Part shown: positions 16,955-25,731 of the stretch, one piece after another
How positions within the stretch are numbered: the first letter of the stretch is position 1
Layout: every line of letters starts with the position of its first letter
Source of the DNA: a virus
Virus record (IMG/VR): IMGVR_UViG_3300003323_000790
Location: 1 to 64,000 of that record
DNA: 64,000 nt
Reading direction: 5' to 3' (one strand)
Made by a program: the position numbers and the translations under genes
Notes under the pieces: model-generated
Told to the model about the DNA's origin: nothing
Database searches by the model: none
What the model saw: only the letters and a program-made list of their open reading frames with translations

Positions 16955-17559
16955 AGATGAATATCGTCCCGGACACATGGGACTCAGAAGGGAACTGGGT
17001 TAGGAGCTATTACGTGGGCGGTCAGCGCTATACAACCAAGGCAGACGTCGTCTGGAAGAACATACTGGCTCGCTGTATCCCTGGCGGCCCGTACCAGACA
17101 AGGGTGCCGAGCTATGTGGGCTGCACCAACGGCTTCGCAGATTTCCAGGAATTCGCTTCCTGGGCGACCTTGGCAGTCGGGTACGGCCGAGAGCACTGGG
17201 TCATTGACAAAGATCTGTTGGCTGGTGGCCGAGGTAAAGTCTACTCGGCCGAGGTATGTCTTTTCATCCCGAGGGAGATCAATTCTTTCCTGACGAACGC
17301 TGCCGCAGTACGTGGAGATTTGCCCGTCGGTGTGGTGCGCGACACAGGTAAATGGGGCAGAACTGGTTACATGGCGCAGTTGCAAGATGGCACGCGGCGG
17401 AGAACTTTAGGGCGCTTCCACACAGCTAAAGATGCCTTTTCCGCCTACAAAGAAGCCAAAGAGGCTCGCGCGCGACAGCTTGCAGACCACTACGCGCCAA
17501 GCCTTGACGCCCGAGCTGTACAAGCTTTGCGAGATTTTCGCGTCCACTTCGACGCATAA
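16951..17559 (+). CDS. HNH-like homing endonuclease with AP2-like C-terminus
   Basis: FADFQEFASW...IDKDLL...YSAEVCLFIPREIN; LPVGV...LGRFHTAKDAFSAY; paralogue of 5029 and 11634 but without the RNA leader. Confidence 0.8.
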   Translation: MKMNIVPDTWDSEGNWVRSYYVGGQRYTTKADVVWKNILARCIPGGPYQTRVPSYVGCTNGFADFQEFASWATLAVGYGREHWVIDKDLLAGGRGKVYSAEVCLFIPREINSFLTNAAAVRGDLPVGVVRDTGKWGRTGYMAQLQDGTRRRTLGRFHTAKDAFSAYKEAKEARARQLADHYAPSLDARAVQALRDFRVHFDA

Positions 17560-17585
17560 CTACCTCAACATAAAGGACTGACAAA

Positions 17586-18059
17586 ATGGGAATCTTCTCC
17601 AGCATCCTGGAGGCCTTGGGCCTCAAGAAACGCAAGAGCCTAGCGCCGGCGTATCCGAAGTTTCCAGAGCCGACTCGGCCGGCCCCGCCGGTGCCGAAGA
17701 TCAAGGCCTTCCAGCCCCTGCGCAGCCCGCCGCCTCCCGAGCCGCCGGCGACGCGCCGCATTCGCGATGACCAGCCACCGCCAAAGCCCTCCACGGCCCC
17801 TACAGCGCGCGCTACGGCCGAGGAAACCCGTCGGCAGCAGGACGACCACTACAGCTGGCCCTACGGCCCTGGCGGGGTTCTGTACGACCGCACCGGGCAC
17901 ATGACGTCCAGCTTCGACAGCAGTCCGGCGCCGTCGCCAGCGCCGTCTTCGTACGATTGCCCGGCACCGAGCCCAAGTCCGAGCTACGACAGCCCATCAC
18001 CATCTAGCGACTGTTCGCCATCGTCGAGCGATAGCTCGTCTTCCAGCAGCTGGGATTAA
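17586..18059 (+). CDS. Pro/Ser-rich low-complexity protein
   Basis: AAGGA SD; amphipathic N-terminus, PxxP tracts, poly-Ser tail. Confidence 0.65.
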   Translation: MGIFSSILEALGLKKRKSLAPAYPKFPEPTRPAPPVPKIKAFQPLRSPPPPEPPATRRIRDDQPPPKPSTAPTARATAEETRRQQDDHYSWPYGPGGVLYDRTGHMTSSFDSSPAPSPAPSSYDCPAPSPSPSYDSPSPSSDCSPSSSDSSSSSSWD

Positions 18060-18070
18060 GGAGACAAGAA

Positions 18071-18376
18071 GTGAAACTGATCATCGAGACCCTCGACCGG
18101 CCGGGTCACGCCGGCGCCAGCCACCTCTACAAGATCAGCGGCTATGACAGTTCGCTCAATCCGGCGGAGGCGCGCCGGCTGCGCCCGGACAAGTTCACCG
18201 CCATCATGCTCCAGAGCGGCCCGACCAAGGAGACGCCCAACGGTGTCTCCATGACGGCGCTGCTGGCCGTCATGGAGCACCACATCACCAGCCGGTCCGA
18301 CCGCGACAACCTGCACTATGCCCGCGCCCTGATGCACATGGAAGCGGCGCGCCATGAATTGGAGCAATTACCATGA
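18071..18376 (+). CDS. hypothetical protein
   Basis: TAAGGAG SD; GASHLY...QSGPTKETPNGV. Confidence 0.7.
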   Translation: MKLIIETLDRPGHAGASHLYKISGYDSSLNPAEARRLRPDKFTAIMLQSGPTKETPNGVSMTALLAVMEHHITSRSDRDNLHYARALMHMEAARHELEQLP

Positions 18377-18690
18377 ACCTGCCACCAATGGTCACCTTGG
18401 AAGTGCGCATCGGGGAAATGCAGCACGGCATCAACGCGCTGCTCGATGCGCGCGAGCTGGATCTCAAGGCTCGCATCAGCGAGGTGCTTTCCACGCACCT
18501 CACCGAAGACAAGCTCCAGGCGCTGATCTGGAAAACCACGACCGAGACGACCGACAAGATGATCACCCAGATCACCGAGCAGGCCGTCCGGAATTTCTTC
18601 TACAACGACGGCGGCGCGGTGGTTGAAGCCGCCGTCAAGGCCAAGCTCCGGACGGAGATGGCCAAAATCCTGCAGGAGCCAGAAGCATGA
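18373..18690 (+). CDS. hypothetical protein
   Basis: GGAG SD, coupled. Confidence 0.65.
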   Translation: MNLPPMVTLEVRIGEMQHGINALLDARELDLKARISEVLSTHLTEDKLQALIWKTTTETTDKMITQITEQAVRNFFYNDGGAVVEAAVKAKLRTEMAKILQEPEA

Positions 18691-18977
18691 AGACCATCTA
18701 CAAATACCAGATCCCGCTCGACACCGACGCGCCGATTCTCGACCTGCCTGATGGCGCGCAAATCCTGCACGTCGACACCCAGACCGGCGAAGACCTGTGT
18801 CTGTGGGCGCTGGTCGATCCGAGCCTGGACAGCTGCACGCGGCGCTTCCTGCACATCGTCGGCACTGGGCAGCCGGTGCCGCAGGTGAAGTACGGCCTGG
18901 CCCACCTTGGAACGGCGCTGATGATGGGCGGCCGTCTCGTCATCCATGTTTTCGAGCATGTGTGCAATGAAACCTGA
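18687..18977 (+). CDS. conserved phage hypothetical protein
   Basis: MKTIYKY...LWALVDP...IVGTGQP...HVFE pattern. Confidence 0.75.
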   Translation: MKTIYKYQIPLDTDAPILDLPDGAQILHVDTQTGEDLCLWALVDPSLDSCTRRFLHIVGTGQPVPQVKYGLAHLGTALMMGGRLVIHVFEHVCNET

Positions 18978-19203
18978 TACCCTTTACGGCTTCTTCTATT
19001 GCAGCTGTATCTACGAAAGTGCCGATGCACTGCAGAGTCTGCACCGCACGAAAGCCGGAGCTTGGCACGCCTTGCGCGCTGCGTTGTTTGCCCGTGCGGT
19101 GCAGGAGCGCGAGGCCGCCTTGCGGTTCGGCCGTCACCTCACTGTAGAGCGGTGGTGGAAGTACGAGCGGTACACTGTTCACCCAATCGAGGTGCAGGAA
19201 TGA
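18946..19203 (+). CDS. hypothetical protein
   Basis: CSCIYES...SLHRTKAGA; true start probably the internal ATG (MKPD). Confidence 0.6.
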   Translation: MFSSMCAMKPDTLYGFFYCSCIYESADALQSLHRTKAGAWHALRAALFARAVQEREAALRFGRHLTVERWWKYERYTVHPIEVQE

Positions 19204-19236
19204 AACCACTTAAACAACAAACGGAGGAATTTCTCA

Positions 19237-19527
19237 ATGGAGAAAATAAAGCTGCCAGAGAGCGTCGTGCAGCGCGCTGCGAATGCGGCGAAGGCGATGC
19301 GTGCCCAGGCCGCGCCGCCTGCCAGCGAGAGCTCGCAGAGTCGGGCGGCGTTCTACAGCCGCCGGTACGGCGGCGGCTACCGAACGGCACGTAAGGCCTT
19401 CACCTGCAACCAGTTCGGATGCTTCCGTCGCATCGAGCCCGGCACCAGCTATTTCGACACGATGGAAGTAACCGAATTCCCCAAGACCAAGCGAATCTGC
19501 GCAGCGTGCGCCGAGGAACACACATGA
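19237..19527 (+). CDS. zinc-finger-like protein
   Basis: GGAGG SD; TARKAFTC..C...IEPG..Y...CAAC. Confidence 0.65.
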   Translation: MEKIKLPESVVQRAANAAKAMRAQAAPPASESSQSRAAFYSRRYGGGYRTARKAFTCNQFGCFRRIEPGTSYFDTMEVTEFPKTKRICAACAEEHT

Positions 19528-20144
19528 CCCAATCCGTCTACGACATTCTCGGCGTCAAGGCCACGGCCTCGCCGGCCGAGATCAAGAAAGCCTGGCGCAG
19601 GCTCGCGCAGGCGAACCATCCCGACAGAGGCGGCGATCCCAAGCTCTTCCAGAGCATCCAGCAAGCCTACGAAGTGCTGATCGACGTCGAGCGCCGCGCG
19701 CACTACGACCAGACCGGCTCCGACAAGGTGTCGGAGCCGGTCAGTAAGGAGCAGGTTCTGCTGGCCGAGGCCCAGCAGAACCTCGGCGTCTTGCTCAGTA
19801 GCCTGGTCGCGGCACACATCGACACCGTCCAGAGCCAGCCGCTCAAGTCGTTGCTGGTATTCGAGATCAAGGATCGGCTGGGCAAGGTGGGCAGGGACTT
19901 GGCACTCTTTGCCAAGGAGCGTTCAGCCCTGCTGGAAGTGGCGGATCGCTTTACCAGCAAGAGTGGTGCCTCGACGCTCTCCGACCTTGCCCGGTCGATC
20001 CTGTCAGGAGTGGACCAGAAGATTGATTCGGCGTCGAACTTCCGCCAGGTATGTGAGAAGATGCTGGAAATTGTCGAGCAGCACGAGTACCACGCCGATC
20101 TGGCGTTGCCCGTCTCTGCGTCGACATGGTTTAGCCGGGTGTAG
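19524..20144 (+). CDS. J-domain (DnaJ-like) protein
   Basis: YDILGV...EIKKAWRRLAQANHPDRGGD...AYEVL...RRAHYD; HPD motif. Confidence 0.9.
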   Translation: MTQSVYDILGVKATASPAEIKKAWRRLAQANHPDRGGDPKLFQSIQQAYEVLIDVERRAHYDQTGSDKVSEPVSKEQVLLAEAQQNLGVLLSSLVAAHIDTVQSQPLKSLLVFEIKDRLGKVGRDLALFAKERSALLEVADRFTSKSGASTLSDLARSILSGVDQKIDSASNFRQVCEKMLEIVEQHEYHADLALPVSASTWFSRV

Positions 20145-20173
20145 AAGAAGAAAGCCCGCCAAATGGCGGGCTT
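20145..20173. terminator. terminator hairpin between convergent units
   Basis: AAGCCCGCC/GGCGGGCTT stem with a U-rich tail on the minus strand. Confidence 0.7.
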
Positions 20174-20214
20174 CAACTGCCTGAAGATGAGGGCCTGTTT
20201 CGGCAGGCCTTCAG

Positions 20215-20385
20215 CTAGCGACGATAGCTCTCATGCTCGGGCAGGTCGCTTTCGCTTATTTCCACAATCTCGTAGCTGCCCTCCGGAAACGGGCCGACGT
20301 CCTCGTTGAACTTGCTGTCGGCTTTCTCCTTGCTTTCTGCAGCGTAGTACAGGGTGAAGCCGGGGGCACTGATTTTGAAGTACAT
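20215..20385 (-). CDS. small acidic protein (56 aa, not in ORF track)
   Basis: AAAGGAG SD; MYFKISAPGFTLYYAAESKEKA...SYRR*. Confidence 0.65.
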   Translation of the reverse strand: MYFKISAPGFTLYYAAESKEKADSKFNEDVGPFPEGSYEIVEISESDLPEHESYRR

Positions 20386-20396
20386 GGTAAGCTCCT

Positions 20397-21749
20397 TTAA
20401 ATATACACATCGGCGTCAAGAACCGCCTTCGATTGCGAGCATAGCACGTTCTGGAAGCCGTCCGTGAACTCTGCGGCCTTCATCAGTTCGCACCACTGGT
20501 AGAACTGCGTCAGATCAATACCAAGTCCATCAGGTGGGCCGGACTTGGCAGTGTGCGTGAAGAAGTGCTGAAGGCCGCCGTGGAATTTAAGGGCTGCAAT
20601 GCGATTCACCAGCTGCGTGTAAGCGGTTCCGGTATTCAGATTCGTACCGAGCAGCTGGTTTTGCCCCTGGCGCGTCATGCCGTCCACAAAACTCGACCCG
20701 CCAGTACCGACACTGTTCAGCACCGGGCTGCCGCCGCCACGACGCCACACCACACCCTTGGATGCGAGAGTCGCATCGTTGGCGCGGTTGGATGAGTTCA
20801 GTGGGTAGGCAAACACCTTGGGCGCTGGCAGACCAGCGGCCACGAAGTTGTCAACGCTGGCGAGCCAGTCCGCACCGATGTCGCGACCATTTGAGCTGTA
20901 GTCGGTATGCCCAATGCCTTGCGTACCCACTTCCCAGCCGTAGGTATTGATCAGGGTTTTCAGCATCGCCGCGTTGTTATTCACGGTGGCAGCGTCGCCG
21001 TCGATGAATGCTGTTGCTACCCAGCCGTTTGCTGCGAATGCAGGCGCAATAACGCTCAGGATTGTGGAGTCAGGGCTATCGGTCGAGAATGACCAGCGCG
21101 GGATCCCCTTGGAGCCAACCACCAGCGAATCCAGCCAGCAAGTTTTGCTGGCCAGGCCGGTAAAGACAATCTCAAAATAGTTAAACGGATCACCCCACGC
21201 CTGGCCGCCAGTGGAAACCCACGTCGTACCGGCCTGCGGCTCCATGGTGCCGTCTTCGCCAGCGCGCAAGGGAATAAAGTTCCAGCCTGGCCGGAAGTAA
21301 AAATTGGTCAGCGTGTAGGCAAGATTCTTGGTTGCCAAGGCATCCGAAGAAAACTTGATGATGGCAGTGGTGCTGCCAAAGGTAGGCTCATCGATGTAGA
21401 CGGCCAACTTCATTTCCGTGCCGGACTGGATGTAAAACACCGTGCCGAACGTTTTCTTGATGCCGTCGTTGCTCGCACCGGCACCGAACACGCATTTGAT
21501 TGCAGCCGAGCTACGCTGCGCTTTAGCCGCATCCGACGAACGGGTCACGCCGCCCGAGACAGCTGCCCAGTTCGCCGTATCGGAGAAGTCGAACAGGACC
21601 GAAGCCTTGCGGTTACGTGGCTGTGGCACCAAGATTGGCGGCGCATTGGGGACCGCAAACCCTGGGGAATATCCTGTAGGGCTGCGCAAAGTCAGCGCAG
21701 GGGCCGAACCCTGCTGGATAACTGCATCTCGGCGAATCGTCGCACTCAT
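20397..21749 (-). CDS. polysaccharide deacetylase-like protein with beta-rich N-terminal domain
   Basis: NodB/CE4-like motifs SFSTDS, WEVGTQGIGHTD, FAYP, HFFTH; some catalytic positions degenerate. Confidence 0.65.
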   Translation of the reverse strand: MSATIRRDAVIQQGSAPALTLRSPTGYSPGFAVPNAPPILVPQPRNRKASVLFDFSDTANWAAVSGGVTRSSDAAKAQRSSAAIKCVFGAGASNDGIKKTFGTVFYIQSGTEMKLAVYIDEPTFGSTTAIIKFSSDALATKNLAYTLTNFYFRPGWNFIPLRAGEDGTMEPQAGTTWVSTGGQAWGDPFNYFEIVFTGLASKTCWLDSLVVGSKGIPRWSFSTDSPDSTILSVIAPAFAANGWVATAFIDGDAATVNNNAAMLKTLINTYGWEVGTQGIGHTDYSSNGRDIGADWLASVDNFVAAGLPAPKVFAYPLNSSNRANDATLASKGVVWRRGGGSPVLNSVGTGGSSFVDGMTRQGQNQLLGTNLNTGTAYTQLVNRIAALKFHGGLQHFFTHTAKSGPPDGLGIDLTQFYQWCELMKAAEFTDGFQNVLCSQSKAVLDADVYI

Positions 21750-22096
21750 GCTGCACCCATACCAGAAGCCGCTGCCGTGACAGAAGCCGATACCAGGCCG
21801 CCACCATTTACCGACACAACGTTAGCACGCACACGAGGGAAAGGCGCATTCGGATCGACGTCCGAGTTGGTCACCGGCACGGTCAAGGTGGAGGTGCCAT
21901 CGAGATTAAACGTCAGGCGAGTCGCTGGAATGCCGTCATTGTTATCCACCTCGATAATAACCTTGGCGGTTACTGCTGCCGCCACACCCCCCAGGCTGAT
22001 CACATAGCCGCGGTTCGACATTTCCGGATGCAAGGTGTGCCAGGCGCCAGGGCCGGTGGTGCCCTGCGCTGTCATAAGGGTTTTGGTCTGGGCCAT
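21746..22096 (-). CDS. small beta-rich protein, possibly virion-associated
   Basis: AAGGAG SD before MAQTK; Thr/Val/Gly-rich; ATGA-coupled to the deacetylase-like gene. Confidence 0.65.
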   Translation of the reverse strand: MAQTKTLMTAQGTTGPGAWHTLHPEMSNRGYVISLGGVAAAVTAKVIIEVDNNDGIPATRLTFNLDGTSTLTVPVTNSDVDPNAPFPRVRANVVSVNGGGLVSASVTAAASGMGAA

Positions 22097-22138
22097 GATG
22101 GAGAACTCCTTGGGTGGCGAGAAATTGGTATTCCCGAC

Positions 22139-22210
22139 ATTCTGGCATGAAACTTGCCCTGGGTCAAAGAAGAAGTCCACAGTGACACAAATGAGAAAGT
22201 TTGATAGATT
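22139..22210. promoter_or_regulatory. divergent sigma70-like promoters
   Basis: Minus strand TTGACC-N17-CAGAAT (22167-22139); plus strand GTGACA-N17-TAGATT (22182-22210). Confidence 0.55.
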
Positions 22211-22240
22211 AAGTTCCTCAACCGTAACAAGGAGAACGAA

Positions 22241-22447
22241 GTGCAAGTACAGGTGAACAAAGACGTAGCATGGGAATACATTCAACCGGCACCACTCAAT
22301 AAGAAGCTGCTGCTCCTGACCAAGGACAACCAGTGCGTGGTGGGTGTTTTCAAAGGTGAGCCGTTGCCGGACAACCGCACCTATAAGGCGTGGCAAGGCC
22401 TCCCGGACCGCAACCGGGAAACCGAGCTGGCACTGGGCTACGCATGA
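22241..22447 (+). CDS. hypothetical protein
   Basis: AAGGAG SD, GTG start. Confidence 0.65.
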   Translation: MQVQVNKDVAWEYIQPAPLNKKLLLLTKDNQCVVGVFKGEPLPDNRTYKAWQGLPDRNRETELALGYA

Positions 22448-22854
22448 GCGACCCAAAATTCACAGCCTTGATGGCCAAGCTGCAGCGCAACCCGCTCTGG
22501 TTTGGCCCTCGCGGGTGGACGTGGACGACGCCCGACGGGCAGGTCCAGACGTTAGAGAACATCGCTCGGCAGCTGCCGGGCATGGCCAACCTGCTGTGGC
22601 TCTCGCTGCCGCTGGAGCGCCCAGCCGAGTACGACGCCCGCAATAACAGCGTCTACATGTGGGTGCTAGCCATCGGCGGCACCTCCCATAACGTAAAGCG
22701 CTGGCCGGCCGGAACCTGGGAGCAACTCGCCGAGGGCCTGACCCTGGAAGAGTTTATCGCGCTGCCGGTGCCGCCGGCCGGCAGCACGGCCGACCACCTG
22801 CAACGCCTTGCCCTTATCAAGGAAACCCATGCCAAAGCCAAAACTCACACTTGA
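22444..22854 (+). CDS. hypothetical protein
   Basis: ATGA-coupled start MSDPKF. Confidence 0.6.
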   Translation: MSDPKFTALMAKLQRNPLWFGPRGWTWTTPDGQVQTLENIARQLPGMANLLWLSLPLERPAEYDARNNSVYMWVLAIGGTSHNVKRWPAGTWEQLAEGLTLEEFIALPVPPAGSTADHLQRLALIKETHAKAKTHT

Positions 22855-25177
22855 GCAGGTGATGGAACGGTATCCGTTCCCCTTCGAGCTCAAGCCCAAT
22901 CAGAAAGAGGACATTATCCAGCTGGCCGAGTGGGGCCGCGCGCTGGGCGACCTGCCGGTCGGTTACGGCAAGACAGCGATCGCCACGGCCGTGGCTTTAA
23001 TGCTACAGCCGGACGTCACCGTTGTGCTGGTGCCGCCTATCCTGGTGCCGGACTGGGTGCACTGGCTAAACAGCATCCCGAACATCGGCAGGGTGGTGGC
23101 GTGGGACGGCTCGCCGAAAGTGCGCGCCACCTTGGACCCGCACTCCGACTGGCTGGTCATGTCGTACGGCGTATTCCTGAAGGACGCCGAGCGCCTGAAG
23201 AAGGCGCTTCGAGAGGTCAACTTGTTCACGATTGTGGACGAGTGCTTCCCAGAAGGCACGTCGGTGCTCACACCGGAAGGTGAGCGGCCGATAGAGGCCC
23301 TACGGAGCGGAGATTTAGTGTTGACCTCGGCAGGCCCACAAAGTATCGTTGAAGTATTTAAAAATCTGGCTTTTCAACTTTACACCCTGGAGCTTACGAA
23401 TGGTACTGAGCTTACTTGCACAGGAAATCACCCAATATTTACGGACCTTGGATGGGTTGCCGCACGAGATTGTGAAGGAAGACAGGTACTTCATCACGCT
23501 CAGGTGTGTGATGTGTCAAACGGAGTTCGAAAAGAAGATCTCGCTCATGGCCTATGCGATGCGCCACAAGAAACCCCTTGGGACCGCTTGCTCGAAGACA
23601 TGCAAAGCGCATCGCCGAGCCTTGTTGTACCCAGAAAGCTACAAAGCAGCTGGCCTGAAGATGAAAGGAATTCCAAAGCCGGGTCCGAGAGGGGCGGGGA
23701 AAACTCGGATGCCCCTGAGCGACGCACACCGTGCGGCAGTGTCCGCAACTCTGAAGGCCAAGAGCCACAGGCCGCCCGTGCGGAAGGGGAACGGGACTGG
23801 AATGACTCCAATGGAGGCAAAGTTATGGCCCCTGCTGATCTCTCTGGGGTTTGTGTGGAACCACGCAGTGAGCCTGGGCGCCAAGCACGAGAAGGGGTAT
23901 CCATTCTGCTACAAGCTGGACTTCGCCCTTCCGGACGAGAAGGTGGGTCTGGAGGTGGATGGCCTATCGCACAACCTGATTTCTCGGCAAGCACAGGACA
24001 GGAAGAAAGTCGAGAAGCTGGCGGAGTTAGGGTGGCGCGTGTTTCGTGTCAAGAATTCTCAGGTGGAATCCCTGTCTTCAACCTCCACGTTGCTCGACGT
24101 CATGACTATTATGCCGGAGGAATTCTCGTCCATAATTGCCAGAACTTTAAGAACTATCAGTCCAAGCGGTACATCGAGCTCAAGGCCTTGACCGATGGCC
24201 AAGCGGCCGCGCCGCTCATGATGTCAGGCACCATGCTCTCGTCGCCCGAGGACGCCTACGGCTACGTGAAGCTGACCAACCCGAGCGCCTACACCAGCTT
24301 CCTGCAGTTCCGCAACATCCACGTCGCCGAAGTGGACTTCTTCGGGCGCGTTACGAAGTGGCAGCAGCTGGACCTCATGCAAAAGAATCTGTCCTATCGC
24401 CGCGTACGTCGGCTGAAGGAAGAAGTGCACGCCCACTTGATCAAGCCCCTTGTAATTCCGATCTTCTACGACCTGCCCAAGGAGCACATGAAGCTCTACA
24501 AGGAGCTGATGAACGACCAGATCCTGCTGCTGGATGACGGAAGCAAGATTGATGCCAGCACCGCGCAGCGGCTTTACCACTACTCACAGCAGATCATCAC
24601 CAACTGGGGCTACTTCGCCGACGACCCGACGAAGCGCTCGGCCGTGTTCGACCTGATCGACCAGGTGTGCGAGCAGCTGCGGCTCGGCGAGCCCCCGGTG
24701 CCGGGCGTCGAGGCCGGCCCCGACGCCGAGAAGCTGATCCTCTGGACGATGTACAAAATGACCAGCCGCACCGTGCTGGGCTACCTACAGGAAAAGCTTA
24801 AGCCGCTGGGCAAGGAGGCTGTGGGCGCATGGTCCGAGACCGACAGTCGCAAGGCTGTGGCCGCTTTCATGCGCGATCCGGACACGGTCGGCATGGCCGC
24901 CCAGCCGGGCTCGGTCGGCGCCGGCCTGAATCCGCAGTACGTGTGCCGGGCGATCGGTTACGTCGAGATCCCGACCCGCACGATTGGTTTCATCCAGTCG
25001 TCGGGGCGCATCTATCGCGAGGGTCAAAAGTATCAGCCGCTGGTGTGGCTCTTTGTTGCGCGCGACACCATCCAGGAAAAGCTGCTGGAGAACCTACAGA
25101 CAAACGACGACCTTGTCAATAAAGTTTCCGGCACGAAGCAGGGGATCAGAAATATGATTTTCCCAAATGGAAGATAG
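22829..25177 (+). CDS. SNF2-like SF2 helicase containing an intein
   Basis: Walker A LPVGYGKT; Walker B IVDE|CQ split by intein; SGT; GAGLNPQ; QSSGRIYREGQ. Confidence 0.9.
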   Translation: MPKPKLTLEQVMERYPFPFELKPNQKEDIIQLAEWGRALGDLPVGYGKTAIATAVALMLQPDVTVVLVPPILVPDWVHWLNSIPNIGRVVAWDGSPKVRATLDPHSDWLVMSYGVFLKDAERLKKALREVNLFTIVDECFPEGTSVLTPEGERPIEALRSGDLVLTSAGPQSIVEVFKNLAFQLYTLELTNGTELTCTGNHPIFTDLGWVAARDCEGRQVLHHAQVCDVSNGVRKEDLAHGLCDAPQETPWDRLLEDMQSASPSLVVPRKLQSSWPEDERNSKAGSERGGENSDAPERRTPCGSVRNSEGQEPQAARAEGERDWNDSNGGKVMAPADLSGVCVEPRSEPGRQAREGVSILLQAGLRPSGREGGSGGGWPIAQPDFSASTGQEESREAGGVRVARVSCQEFSGGIPVFNLHVARRHDYYAGGILVHNCQNFKNYQSKRYIELKALTDGQAAAPLMMSGTMLSSPEDAYGYVKLTNPSAYTSFLQFRNIHVAEVDFFGRVTKWQQLDLMQKNLSYRRVRRLKEEVHAHLIKPLVIPIFYDLPKEHMKLYKELMNDQILLLDDGSKIDASTAQRLYHYSQQIITNWGYFADDPTKRSAVFDLIDQVCEQLRLGEPPVPGVEAGPDAEKLILWTMYKMTSRTVLGYLQEKLKPLGKEAVGAWSETDSRKAVAAFMRDPDTVGMAAQPGSVGAGLNPQYVCRAIGYVEIPTRTIGFIQSSGRIYREGQKYQPLVWLFVARDTIQEKLLENLQTNDDLVNKVSGTKQGIRNMIFPNGR
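23243..24136 (+). mobile_element. intein (298 aa) in helicase Walker B, no in-frame endonuclease
   Basis: N-terminal CFPEGTSVLT; block B CTGNHPIFT; C-terminal VFNLHVARRHDYYAGGILVHN followed by Cys+1. Confidence 0.92.
23321..23349 (+). promoter_or_regulatory. intein-internal sigma70-like promoter
   Basis: TTGACC-N17-TATCGT upstream of GGAG (23389) and ATG 23400. Confidence 0.55.
23400..24191 (+). CDS. Vsr/DUF559-like endonuclease nested out of frame within the intein
   Basis: +1 frame relative to helicase; CVMC...CSKTC zinc motif; TPMEAKLW, YKLDFA...LEVDGLSH...DRKK..L..LGWRVFRV. Confidence 0.85.
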   Translation: MVLSLLAQEITQYLRTLDGLPHEIVKEDRYFITLRCVMCQTEFEKKISLMAYAMRHKKPLGTACSKTCKAHRRALLYPESYKAAGLKMKGIPKPGPRGAGKTRMPLSDAHRAAVSATLKAKSHRPPVRKGNGTGMTPMEAKLWPLLISLGFVWNHAVSLGAKHEKGYPFCYKLDFALPDEKVGLEVDGLSHNLISRQAQDRKKVEKLAELGWRVFRVKNSQVESLSSTSTLLDVMTIMPEEFSSIIARTLRTISPSGTSSSRP

Positions 25178-25218
25178 GCTAGAATTCCATTCTCAACTGA
25201 AACACTTACGAGGCAACA

Positions 25219-25731
25219 ATGGTTACCGATAAAGAAAAAGAACAGCGAGCCAAAGAGGCCGCCTGGAACATCGCCGCCCTGGCTGGCTCTCCTGATCTGC
25301 AGGCCTACCGCATGCTGGCTTCCAAGGTGCGCGGCCTGGCTCGACATAACTCCGCGCTGGCGGTATGGGAGATCCAGGACGGCGAGATTTACGTCCGTAA
25401 CCGCTACTTCGTCATCAACGCGGCGGCCACACTGGAGCACGGCATGCGCCTGTTCCTGCGGGAGGAAATGACCCGCGCAACCTTGGAGATCGGCCACATC
25501 CCCACCCGCCTGCCCGGCACCGACTGCTTTGTGTGGGTCCCACGCCACACCGACGCGCGCTTCTGCCCGTCGGACCCGGCGGACGTGACCAGCCACACCC
25601 GGCTCTCAATGGGCATTATGTTCGGCTGCCCGGCGCGCATCGGCACCCTGGTGGAGGGCAAGGAATACCTGACCCTTGCCCGAGACATCGAATCTTACCG
25701 ACAACAGCTGGGAGCATTGGCACATGCCTAA
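25219..25731 (+). CDS. hypothetical protein
   Basis: GAGG SD, 170 aa. Confidence 0.7.
   Translation: MVTDKEKEQRAKEAAWNIAALAGSPDLQAYRMLASKVRGLARHNSALAVWEIQDGEIYVRNRYFVINAAATLEHGMRLFLREEMTRATLEIGHIPTRLPGTDCFVWVPRHTDARFCPSDPADVTSHTRLSMGIMFGCPARIGTLVEGKEYLTLARDIESYRQQLGALAHA

Noticed and set aside
22143-22157. sigma54-like TGGCA-N-TTGC sites here and at 49262-49247 (minus)
   Set aside because: Both overlap good sigma70-like promoters that already explain the sequence, and no activator gene is seen; probably coincidental.
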